From a virus, in IMG/VR virus record IMGVR_UViG_3300035698_035364, positions 38,985 to 102,984 of that record: DNA of 64,000 bases; one strand, 5' to 3'. Each line of letters begins with the position of its first letter. Position 1 is the first letter of the stretch. The notes beneath the pieces were generated by a model. That model searched no databases and was not told the origin of the DNA. It saw only the letters and a program-made list of their open reading frames with translations. Positions 49,056 to 56,675 of this stretch are shown here, one piece after another. The translations under genes and the position numbers were made by a program.

Positions 49056-49340
49056 ATGAAAAGTATTATTAAAAAAGGTGTTATTAGAAAAATAAGCACG
49101 GCACAGTACGAAACTTTGGATGTTGTGTTGGAAGTAGAAGAAGAAATAGAGTGGACTGATGAAAGAGACAGGAATAATAAGACTAAAAAAATAACAAAGC
49201 GTTTAGTCAAAGATCTGGATGATACGATGGAAGAAGTGATGGTCACTCTGGGATTAAAGAAGTGCAAAGCAACCGTGGCCCCACCAAAGAGTAAGATTAC
49301 TAACGATGAAGTTGATTTTTTCGGAGAAAGTAATGGATAA
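49056..49340 (+). CDS. Hypothetical protein
   Basis: GGAG RBS; 'RKISTAQYETLDV' beta-strand then helix. Confidence 0.65.
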   Translation: MKSIIKKGVIRKISTAQYETLDVVLEVEEEIEWTDERDRNNKTKKITKRLVKDLDDTMEEVMVTLGLKKCKATVAPPKSKITNDEVDFFGESNG

Positions 49341-50454
49341 TGTGAAAGAGTTTGAAGAGTTGTTCGGAATTGCTTCTGATGGTAGTGAAGGGCAAGCAGA
49401 GGAATATGGGCATAGCAGTAAGACAGATGAATCGTTTGATGAAGCAGTAGACTCTCTTAAAGAAGGTTTAGAGTCTGCTCCTGAAGGACATGCTTTGCCA
49501 CAAGAAGAAAAACCGGCTGAAACTCCTCATGATATTATTATGGAGGTGAGTAATAACAAAGAAAGTGATATGCCTCCAAAAGAGCCGGATCCTCCTGAAG
49601 AGAAAGTTGATGAAGCAACAGAAGATATGTTTGACACGTTGGAACCGACTGCTCCGAAGGAGCCAAAAGAGGAAGTGGTAGAAGATGCACAGGAAGATGC
49701 TAATCCGTTCTGCGAAAAGAATAAATCCGCAGTAGAAGATGCTGTGGAGCCGACCACTTTTGAAGAAGATAATAGCAAAATAGATGATATTCAAGATGAG
49801 AGTAAGTTGTCGGTGGTGAATGGGAAGATACAGTGGTTCTTTGACCCTCCCACTTCTACTTTTAGAACTTTTTATAAGAGGAAAAAAGAGTTGGTTAATG
49901 ACTACACAATGGGTGGTCACTTAGATTTTGAGAGATTGTCTAGGGAGTTGGAGGAGAGCAGTGTTGATGTGACTGATGAGCTTTTTGATCAAGAATTAGT
50001 CAGGATCAAAATGGAGCAGGTGCAGCAATTCAGGGAAAGGGTAAAAAATATTAATATTCGAGTGGATAACCAATATTTTGTTTGGAAGAGATGGATAGAA
50101 TTATTGAGGGGATATTTGGCCAGGATAAAATATTTGAAACCGGCCGTTAAGAACGAAGGATATATTTTTGAGCATATGAGGGATTTAGAGTTGTATTTTT
50201 GCAAATTAGAAGCCCTTCATACCTCCGTCCATACGACAGAGAAGACATTATCAGCGGCTCATGAATCTCTCAGTCGGAAAGTGGCAATTTGTATGGAGTT
50301 AAAACCTACTTCTCGATATGAAAGAAGGGCTGATCACCCTTCGTATGCTCCTGAAGGCCCGCCTGCTTCAGAGGGTGAATTTGATATATTGCCTAGTGAT
50401 GCAAGTGTAAAACCACAACAGAAACATGGGGAAGTAAAATGGGGAGAAATATAG
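49333..50454 (+). CDS. Hypothetical protein with acidic disordered N-terminus and coiled-coil C-terminus (possible recombination mediator)
   Basis: Composition and position directly upstream of SSB and RecA; function is inference only. Confidence 0.55.
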   Translation: MDNVKEFEELFGIASDGSEGQAEEYGHSSKTDESFDEAVDSLKEGLESAPEGHALPQEEKPAETPHDIIMEVSNNKESDMPPKEPDPPEEKVDEATEDMFDTLEPTAPKEPKEEVVEDAQEDANPFCEKNKSAVEDAVEPTTFEEDNSKIDDIQDESKLSVVNGKIQWFFDPPTSTFRTFYKRKKELVNDYTMGGHLDFERLSRELEESSVDVTDELFDQELVRIKMEQVQQFRERVKNINIRVDNQYFVWKRWIELLRGYLARIKYLKPAVKNEGYIFEHMRDLELYFCKLEALHTSVHTTEKTLSAAHESLSRKVAICMELKPTSRYERRADHPSYAPEGPPASEGEFDILPSDASVKPQQKHGEVKWGEI

Positions 50455-50543
50455 AAAATTGTTATTTAAAAGTGCTTCTTTTTAAACTAGCTTGAAGTTA
50501 GTAGTAATTTAAACCGTAGTTCTATTTTACAGGAGAACAAAAA

Positions 50544-51269
50544 ATGAGTGAGAATGATTATGTGCAATGGGGCGATGTAGCAAAGCCCGTAGGAAAAGGT
50601 GGCAACGGGGAAAAACTGAAATATCTGAGATTACAAAGTGGAAAAGCCTATAAAATTAGGCCTCTTTTCTACCCAGTGATGTTCCACAAGTATTTCCACA
50701 TGAATAATGGCAGATTGAGAACTGCTATTTGTGCGGATCCCGATGCTTGTTCAGTTAAGTTGTCTCATCCTGAGTTGAAGAAACCATCTTTACGGTATGC
50801 GGCTTATGTCATCGACCGTGACGATGATGAAGTGAAGATTCTGGAAGCTCCTGCTTCGGTATTCAGACCGATGGGCAACAGAGCAGAGGCTATGGGGAGT
50901 AATCCCGGTGGTGGCAAAGATGGTAGTGATTGGCAGATAGAAGTGACTGGTCAAAAATTGACCACTAGTTACGAAGTTACTTATCTAGTTGATACTCCTC
51001 TTTCAGAAGAAGAGGTCGCTAAAGTCAAAGAGGCTATGAATGGAGATCAGGACAGGCTGAAGAAGATCTATAAGACTCACACCGCAGAGGAGATCGATCA
51101 GAAACTCTTTGGTGAATGGAAGAAGGATGGCACTGGTGTAGCAGCTAGTGAATCTGCTCCGGCCGCGGCCGCGGCAACCGAAGAGCCAACCATGTTCGAT
51201 GAAACACCTACAGCTACGGAAACAGCCTCAGCCGCAAGTGGTAAAGATGATTTTCCGTCTAACTGGTAG
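50544..51269 (+). CDS. Single-stranded DNA-binding protein, T4 gp32-like
   Basis: YLRL..G..YKIRPL, C/H cluster, YVIDR.D.EVKILE, G.DWQI...G..T.Y.V, acidic tail ending DDFPSNW; next to RecA. Confidence 0.75.
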   Translation: MSENDYVQWGDVAKPVGKGGNGEKLKYLRLQSGKAYKIRPLFYPVMFHKYFHMNNGRLRTAICADPDACSVKLSHPELKKPSLRYAAYVIDRDDDEVKILEAPASVFRPMGNRAEAMGSNPGGGKDGSDWQIEVTGQKLTTSYEVTYLVDTPLSEEEVAKVKEAMNGDQDRLKKIYKTHTAEEIDQKLFGEWKKDGTGVAASESAPAAAAATEEPTMFDETPTATETASAASGKDDFPSNW

Positions 51270-51283
51270 GAGGATATCACACT

Positions 51284-52534
51284 ATGGCTAAGAAAAAAAA
51301 AGATGTGTCGCAAGCAGCATTTGAGCATCTAAAAGGATTCTGTATTACCGGAGCGAAATTCGTTTCGCCCGGTAATATACCTACGGGTCATTTTACTTTG
51401 GATTTTATTATCCACTATGGGATTAACCCTGCGAAAGTAGATCTTCATGATCTAGAAGGCTACGATCCATCCTTCCCGTTGGGTCTCCCTTTAGGGAAGA
51501 TGGTGGAAATATTCGGAGAAGAAGGTGGAGGTAAGTCATCACTGGCTTATCGTGCAGTAGGTAATGCTCAAAAACTAGGGTATACTTGTGCATGGATTGA
51601 TGCTGAGAATAGTTTCTCTAAGAGTTTGGCTGAAATTAATGGTTGCGTGCCAGAGGACATTATGACAACTGAACAGATTTTAACGGCTGAAGAAGCCATT
51701 GATATGATGGTGGATCTTTGTAATGCCAAGGAAGTCCCTATGGTGAAAGATGGTAAGGCCATCAATGCTCCTGCTCCCAAAGTAATTGTATTGGATTCAG
51801 TGGCAGGGCTAGTCCCTGCTGCTCGAAAAGACGCTTTATCTGAACAACAATATATGGCATTATTGCCTAGAATATTAAGTCAGAATATGGGGAAACTTGT
51901 TGGTGCAGCGGCAGACAATGGGGTTTTGTTAATATTTGTAAATCAACTAAGAGAAAAGCTTGGGCAAATGTTTGGAGATCCTGAAACCAGTCCTGGCGGA
52001 CGTGCATTAAAGCATCATGCTTCGTTACGGTTAAAAGTGACAAAGAAGACAGTTAAAGAAGCACGAATTTACACGGAGAAGGAGGGAGAAGACCCTAATT
52101 TAATTGGGGCAGTCTCCTATGTGCGTGTTCCTAAGAATAAACTCGCTAAGCCATATTTTGATAGTATAGAGATACCTATTTATTATGAAGCATATTTTCC
52201 TAATATAGAGGAAAGAGCTTTTGATGCTGGTAGGCAAACTAAGCTAATCTCAATTCGTAAGGGAGTGTTTAGTTGGGACGGTATCAAAATTGAAGGTAAG
52301 GAACAGTTCGTTAAACATATTATGGACAATAACTTACTTAATTCTTTGATTAAGGCCATTAAATGCAAGGCCACTGAGGAAGATGTGTTGCTGCCTCCTG
52401 AGTTGATGCAGTATGAATGTACTGACGACAAAGTAGTAGATGGTAAAGTTGATGGAAAAACCAAGAGACAGGTTTCCGGAGGTAGAAAGAAAAAAAATAG
52501 TACAACTGGCAAAGAACACCCTCAAACAGAGTGA
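51284..52534 (+). CDS. recA: RecA/UvsX recombinase
   Basis: GLPLGKMVEIFGEEGGGKS, WIDAE, VIVLDSVAGLVP, IFVNQLREKLGQMFGDPETSPGGRALKH.AS.RL, KNK.A.P. Confidence 0.93.
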   Translation: MAKKKKDVSQAAFEHLKGFCITGAKFVSPGNIPTGHFTLDFIIHYGINPAKVDLHDLEGYDPSFPLGLPLGKMVEIFGEEGGGKSSLAYRAVGNAQKLGYTCAWIDAENSFSKSLAEINGCVPEDIMTTEQILTAEEAIDMMVDLCNAKEVPMVKDGKAINAPAPKVIVLDSVAGLVPAARKDALSEQQYMALLPRILSQNMGKLVGAAADNGVLLIFVNQLREKLGQMFGDPETSPGGRALKHHASLRLKVTKKTVKEARIYTEKEGEDPNLIGAVSYVRVPKNKLAKPYFDSIEIPIYYEAYFPNIEERAFDAGRQTKLISIRKGVFSWDGIKIEGKEQFVKHIMDNNLLNSLIKAIKCKATEEDVLLPPELMQYECTDDKVVDGKVDGKTKRQVSGGRKKKNSTTGKEHPQTE

Positions 52535-53159
52535 AGGTAGAAAAGCTCTTGACTATTTAAGACAAGAAAGATCGTTGTCAGATGCTATTATTGACAAGTT
52601 TGATATAGGATATTGCCCCCCGGATATAAATCATGAAGTAAGGGATAGGATTATAACTCCTATCTACGATTCTTATGGAGAATTGATATCTGTTTCTACT
52701 CGTTATATGGAGAAGGGACGGAAGAATAGATTTTGGCATGAATCGTATGATAAGGGCCATCATCTTTATGGATTGTGTTATGCCAAAGACACTATCAGAA
52801 AAGTGAATAAGGCTATTATCGTGGAAGGTGAATTTGATGTAGCGTCGTTTCATTCTCACGGATTGACCATGACTGTAGGGCTATGCGGGAGTGCAATGAC
52901 GCTTTCCCAAGTAGCCCTACTTTCTAGATATTGCTCTGATATATATTTGCTGTTGGACAGTGATGAGGCAGGTAAGAAATCTGTTAAAAGATGTCAGAAG
53001 ATGCATAAGCAACATGATTTGTCGATATATAATATAAGATTTATACCTGTTTATCTCCCTCTGAATGTTGATCCTGATGAGTATATTAGGAAAGAGGGAG
53101 TAGAAACGATGAAAACTAAGTTAGCTACTGCTAGAGATAACTACATAAAGATGAATTAA
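52440..53159 (+). CDS. dnaG: DNA primase catalytic core (DnaG N-terminal + TOPRIM), lacking zinc-binding domain
   Basis: ALDYL..ER.L, F.IGY.P, RDRIITPI, LYGL, IIVEGEFDV, LLDSDEAG, DPDEY. Confidence 0.88.
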   Translation: MVKLMEKPRDRFPEVERKKIVQLAKNTLKQSEGRKALDYLRQERSLSDAIIDKFDIGYCPPDINHEVRDRIITPIYDSYGELISVSTRYMEKGRKNRFWHESYDKGHHLYGLCYAKDTIRKVNKAIIVEGEFDVASFHSHGLTMTVGLCGSAMTLSQVALLSRYCSDIYLLLDSDEAGKKSVKRCQKMHKQHDLSIYNIRFIPVYLPLNVDPDEYIRKEGVETMKTKLATARDNYIKMN

Positions 53160-53172
53160 TAGAGGAAATAAT

Positions 53173-54189
53173 ATGGCTTATCAGATGTATGTTCCCAAAG
53201 AAATAACAGCTTTGCAGGGAGTGATCGACACCTATATGAGGTGGAGAAATAATGTCACTCGTAAAGATAGAAAGTATGATTACTATCATCCCTCAGAATG
53301 GGGCAAATGCTTGAGGGCACAGCAGTACAAACATTATGCTTGGGCAGGAGATATAGACCTAGAGCATGAAGATTTTGATAGTGAAAAGTTAAGACTTTTC
53401 GATAAAGGGCATAACATGCATAATCGATGGTCAAGTTACTTTGATAATATTGGAGGAGTATTGTTAGGACGGTGGCAATGCACTAATCCTCTTTGTTTTA
53501 TGTTTGATGTAAATGGTAAATTAATAACTTTAAAATCAAACGAGGTCCAAGATCTATATAAAAATGGCAAAACAAGAGTATATGGAAGTCAAGAGTTAGG
53601 CCCCATAAAGAGACCAGAGAAATGTGTTTGTGGGCATAAGGACTTAGCATACTTAGAGAGTCATGTATTTGATGCAGAAACTAAAATAAAAGGTAATGCT
53701 GATCTGGTTTTAGACTTCACTGATTTAGATGCTGATAAATTTAAGAAGGTTCCAATTACTTTTGATAAAAGATATTTGCCCATGAATGGGAAAACAATAG
53801 TCGGGGATATGAAGACTATTGGTAGTAAGGCATGGAAGAATCAGTTATTGTCGAAAGGCCCTTATAAAGATCATGTAATTCAATTGACTTGTTATGTGCA
53901 CATTTTGGGTTGTGATTACGGAGTCGTCATGTATGAGAATAAAGATGACTCTAAAATGCTATGGTATCAAGTTCCTCGTAATGATGCATGGTGGGAAATT
54001 ATCCGATATCAAGCGAAATTAATGATAGAGATGAGGGCAGTGAAACAACTTCCCCCACCTCGTCCAACAACTAAAACAGCATATACTTGCAAGTTTTGTG
54101 AGTTTCGTACTCTTTGTCATAAGTCAGGTATATGGAAGGATTCTAGTTTACCATCTAGGAGAAGAAATTTTTATAAATCTTTATTGTAA
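53173..54189 (+). CDS. PD-(D/E)XK exonuclease, Cas4/RecB-like with Cys cluster
   Basis: HPSEWGKC.R, G..MH, KGNAD, DMKT, QL..Y, CKFCEF..LC; no CRISPR array or other cas genes nearby. Confidence 0.8.
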   Translation: MAYQMYVPKEITALQGVIDTYMRWRNNVTRKDRKYDYYHPSEWGKCLRAQQYKHYAWAGDIDLEHEDFDSEKLRLFDKGHNMHNRWSSYFDNIGGVLLGRWQCTNPLCFMFDVNGKLITLKSNEVQDLYKNGKTRVYGSQELGPIKRPEKCVCGHKDLAYLESHVFDAETKIKGNADLVLDFTDLDADKFKKVPITFDKRYLPMNGKTIVGDMKTIGSKAWKNQLLSKGPYKDHVIQLTCYVHILGCDYGVVMYENKDDSKMLWYQVPRNDAWWEIIRYQAKLMIEMRAVKQLPPPRPTTKTAYTCKFCEFRTLCHKSGIWKDSSLPSRRRNFYKSLL

Positions 54190-54257
54190 AGATTTTGGGA
54201 GCTATATTACGATTATCTTTATAGTAAAAATTGTATAACTATTTAGGAGAAAAAGAG

Positions 54258-54596
54258 ATGACACCAGAGGATGTTAAAAAGGATGATGTAGGGAACGTTG
54301 AAGATGAGACGTTGTTATTGGTAAGTGGTAGTAGATTAAGCAAAGAAGAAGGTAAAGAGTATATTAAAAGATTAGCTAATGCTATTTTATCAGTTTTTGC
54401 CAAGCATGAGACAGTAAAGTTACGCTGTGTTGGTGCAGCGGCTATCAATAATGCTGTGAAGTCTTTTATTATAGCAAAAGGTGAAGCTCAGAAAAAAGGG
54501 GATAGCTTAATGTTCGACCCTAGCTTCACTACAGTTACTTTTAGAAGCGGAGAAGAAAAGACAGGGGTAGTGTTCTTAGTAGAACCTTTAGATTAA
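54258..54596 (+). CDS. spoVS: SpoVS family (Alba-like) protein
   Basis: LLVSG, LANAI, VGAAAINNAVKSFIIAKG, PSF, EKTGVVFLV; AGGAG RBS before ATG 54258. Confidence 0.8.
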   Translation: MTPEDVKKDDVGNVEDETLLLVSGSRLSKEEGKEYIKRLANAILSVFAKHETVKLRCVGAAAINNAVKSFIIAKGEAQKKGDSLMFDPSFTTVTFRSGEEKTGVVFLVEPLD

Positions 54597-54609
54597 TTTA
54601 TGAGGTGGT

Positions 54610-55254
54610 ATGATGGCTGAAATTTTTAACAGAAAAGAAATTGGAGAAGTATTTGCAGCGGGGCAAGTTGTCCCTTTTGAAGGTTTGCATATGCTAGAGG
54701 ATACGGCGTTAGTCGTTAAAGAGTTATCTGACAAGATGGACTTTTATAAAGAGTATAAGAAAAAGAGGAGGGGAGACATTGATTCTGAAATGAAGGTTTT
54801 GCAGAATAAAATTGACTTTTATAAGAAGATCATTCTGGCCACCCTCACGAAGAGTAAAGAGAAGAGTGTAAAATTTCCTGGATCTTGCAGTGTCACAGCC
54901 CGTAACACTCCACGCTCATGGACCATTAAAGATGAGAATGAGTTCATTAAGATGCTGAAAAAAGAAGAAAAGGAAAATGAAGTTAATATAGATGATGTGT
55001 TAGAAGAAATGACCCAATTCAACATTAAGAAACGGGAAGCAGCTAAGTTGCTAGATATTTGGGAAAAGAATGGGACGTTGGATAAGTACTTTCAAGATAA
55101 TCAGAATCCCTGTGTCGTGAAGGATCCTCCTCAGAAAACAGTTTCTTTTAGTTATGACGAACCGGAAGAGGAAGTAGAACCAGAACCAGTGGAAGAAGTT
55201 GTGCCGTTGAAGGACTCTCCCACTAAAGACCATTTTGATGGGTTAGGTCAATAA
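54610..55254 (+). CDS. Gam-like/Gp157-like coiled-coil protein (putative host-nuclease inhibitor)
   Basis: Long coiled coil then 'KEKSVKFPG...V..R' and 'IKK' pattern as in Mu Gam-like proteins. Confidence 0.5.
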   Translation: MMAEIFNRKEIGEVFAAGQVVPFEGLHMLEDTALVVKELSDKMDFYKEYKKKRRGDIDSEMKVLQNKIDFYKKIILATLTKSKEKSVKFPGSCSVTARNTPRSWTIKDENEFIKMLKKEEKENEVNIDDVLEEMTQFNIKKREAAKLLDIWEKNGTLDKYFQDNQNPCVVKDPPQKTVSFSYDEPEEEVEPEPVEEVVPLKDSPTKDHFDGLGQ

Positions 55255-55985
55255 TGGATTTTTATCATAAAATTAGGGCAACCGACGACAAAAGTAAGAA
55301 AGCGTTTCCTAAACTGAAAAAGGTTTATAAAGAGATACCGGAAACAAAAGGGTGCATGGACCATTTGTCCCAATGTCATGCTTATTGTTGTCGTTTTCAG
55401 ACTCCTCAACTTTTGTATGCAGAGTTCTTGTTGATATGGAATCATATAGCCTCTCAATGGAATAATGACGAGATATGTGATCTGTTTGAGAGATGCATGC
55501 TTTGTGCTGTTGATCACTTGCCTAGCAAGAGGTGTGTTTTCTTTGACCCGAAGAAAAGCGTATGTTTAATCCATGATATAAGACCATACAATTGTCGTGT
55601 ATATGGGCATGTTCCTTCTGAAGAATTTAATCCTAGATATGAGAGGTTAAAAGAGGAGTATGCGAAGTATGTAATGGCGGCAATCCATCCTCAGTGTGAT
55701 TTGGTCAAGACTAAAGAAGGGGAGAAGATTACTACCAAAGACACTAATAGATGGTGGGGCGATATATCTAGTATAGAATTTGGCATAGGTGTCCCTCAAG
55801 ATCAAATCAACGATGACCCTGGAGGGAGCTATAGGGCACCTCATGATCATATTCTTTTATATATGATGCCTGATAATGTGCTTAATGCCGTTGCGGGTAT
55901 TAGCCTATATGAGAAACACGATGAAAAAATGCTGGCAGTGCATGACATTATGATGGGTTTGAAAAAACATTTTAAGGGCAAGTAA
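55254..55985 (+). CDS. YkgJ-like Cys-cluster (CxxxCC) protein
   Basis: C...QCHAYCC, RCVFFD...CLIHDIRPYNCRVYG. Confidence 0.8.
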   Translation: MDFYHKIRATDDKSKKAFPKLKKVYKEIPETKGCMDHLSQCHAYCCRFQTPQLLYAEFLLIWNHIASQWNNDEICDLFERCMLCAVDHLPSKRCVFFDPKKSVCLIHDIRPYNCRVYGHVPSEEFNPRYERLKEEYAKYVMAAIHPQCDLVKTKEGEKITTKDTNRWWGDISSIEFGIGVPQDQINDDPGGSYRAPHDHILLYMMPDNVLNAVAGISLYEKHDEKMLAVHDIMMGLKKHFKGK

Positions 55986-56005
55986 ATTTTTCGGCAGGGA
56001 GAACA

Positions 56006-56425
56006 ATGGAAAAAGTAGAAATTAAAGTAAAAATATTGGATATGACTTATGATATTGAGAATAATATATTTCAGATGAAAGTGAAGGATCTGAAAAAGGA
56101 CGATGAAATAACATTCTCTATTCGTGGGACAGATTTTGGGATTACCCCTAAAGTTCCAAGTAATATGGTGGAAGAGTTTTGTAATAATATGAAGGGTAAA
56201 GAAAAGAACCTTTTCATAACAATCGATAATAGTAGTCTCTCTAATGTGGAGAAGGATGAAGATGGGAAACCTCTTCTTTCTGAAGCAGTTAAGTTATACA
56301 ATAACTTAGAACAATTTCCTATAACTGATACGGCTAATGCCGAAAAACAAAAGAAAGAACAGGAAGAAAAAGGAGACCGGCCGGACGATGAGAATCAGAT
56401 TCTTCGGGAGCTTGGATTGCTTTGA
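56006..56425 (+). CDS. Hypothetical protein
   Basis: GGGAG RBS, 139 aa. Confidence 0.65.
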   Translation: MEKVEIKVKILDMTYDIENNIFQMKVKDLKKDDEITFSIRGTDFGITPKVPSNMVEEFCNNMKGKEKNLFITIDNSSLSNVEKDEDGKPLLSEAVKLYNNLEQFPITDTANAEKQKKEQEEKGDRPDDENQILRELGLL

Positions 56426-56654
56426 CTGCGGTGAATTTTTCATCCTAGTTAATAAGTCGTTAGTGGACTATGAGCATATAGATGCTGATGATGAAAGTGA
56501 GGAAGTACAGGATTTTTGCGATGAGCATAATGTAGATCAACTACCCCATATCCAATTTCTTGATGAGAATGATGTAGTAATTATTGAGCATATAGGGCGT
56601 ATTGAAGAAGAAGAGTTTTTGAGTTATTTGACCGATTATTTCCCTAATTATTAG
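56388..56654 (+). CDS. Thioredoxin/glutaredoxin-like protein
   Basis: MRIRFFGSLDCFDC (CxxC), YEHIDAD, HNVDQLPHI (cis-Pro loop); AGGAG RBS before ATG 56388. Confidence 0.7.
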   Translation: MRIRFFGSLDCFDCGEFFILVNKSLVDYEHIDADDESEEVQDFCDEHNVDQLPHIQFLDENDVVIIEHIGRIEEEEFLSYLTDYFPNY

Positions 56655-56675
56655 AAAAGAACAGGAAGTAGTAAA

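Noticed and set aside
50455-50543. Weak inverted repeats upstream of the SSB gene
   Set aside because: Short AT-only stems expected by chance; cannot support a terminator or gp32-like autoregulatory structure.
53173-54189. CRISPR-Cas system suggested by the Cas4-like nuclease
   Set aside because: No repeat-spacer array and no other cas genes; solo Cas4-like nucleases are common in phage recombination modules.
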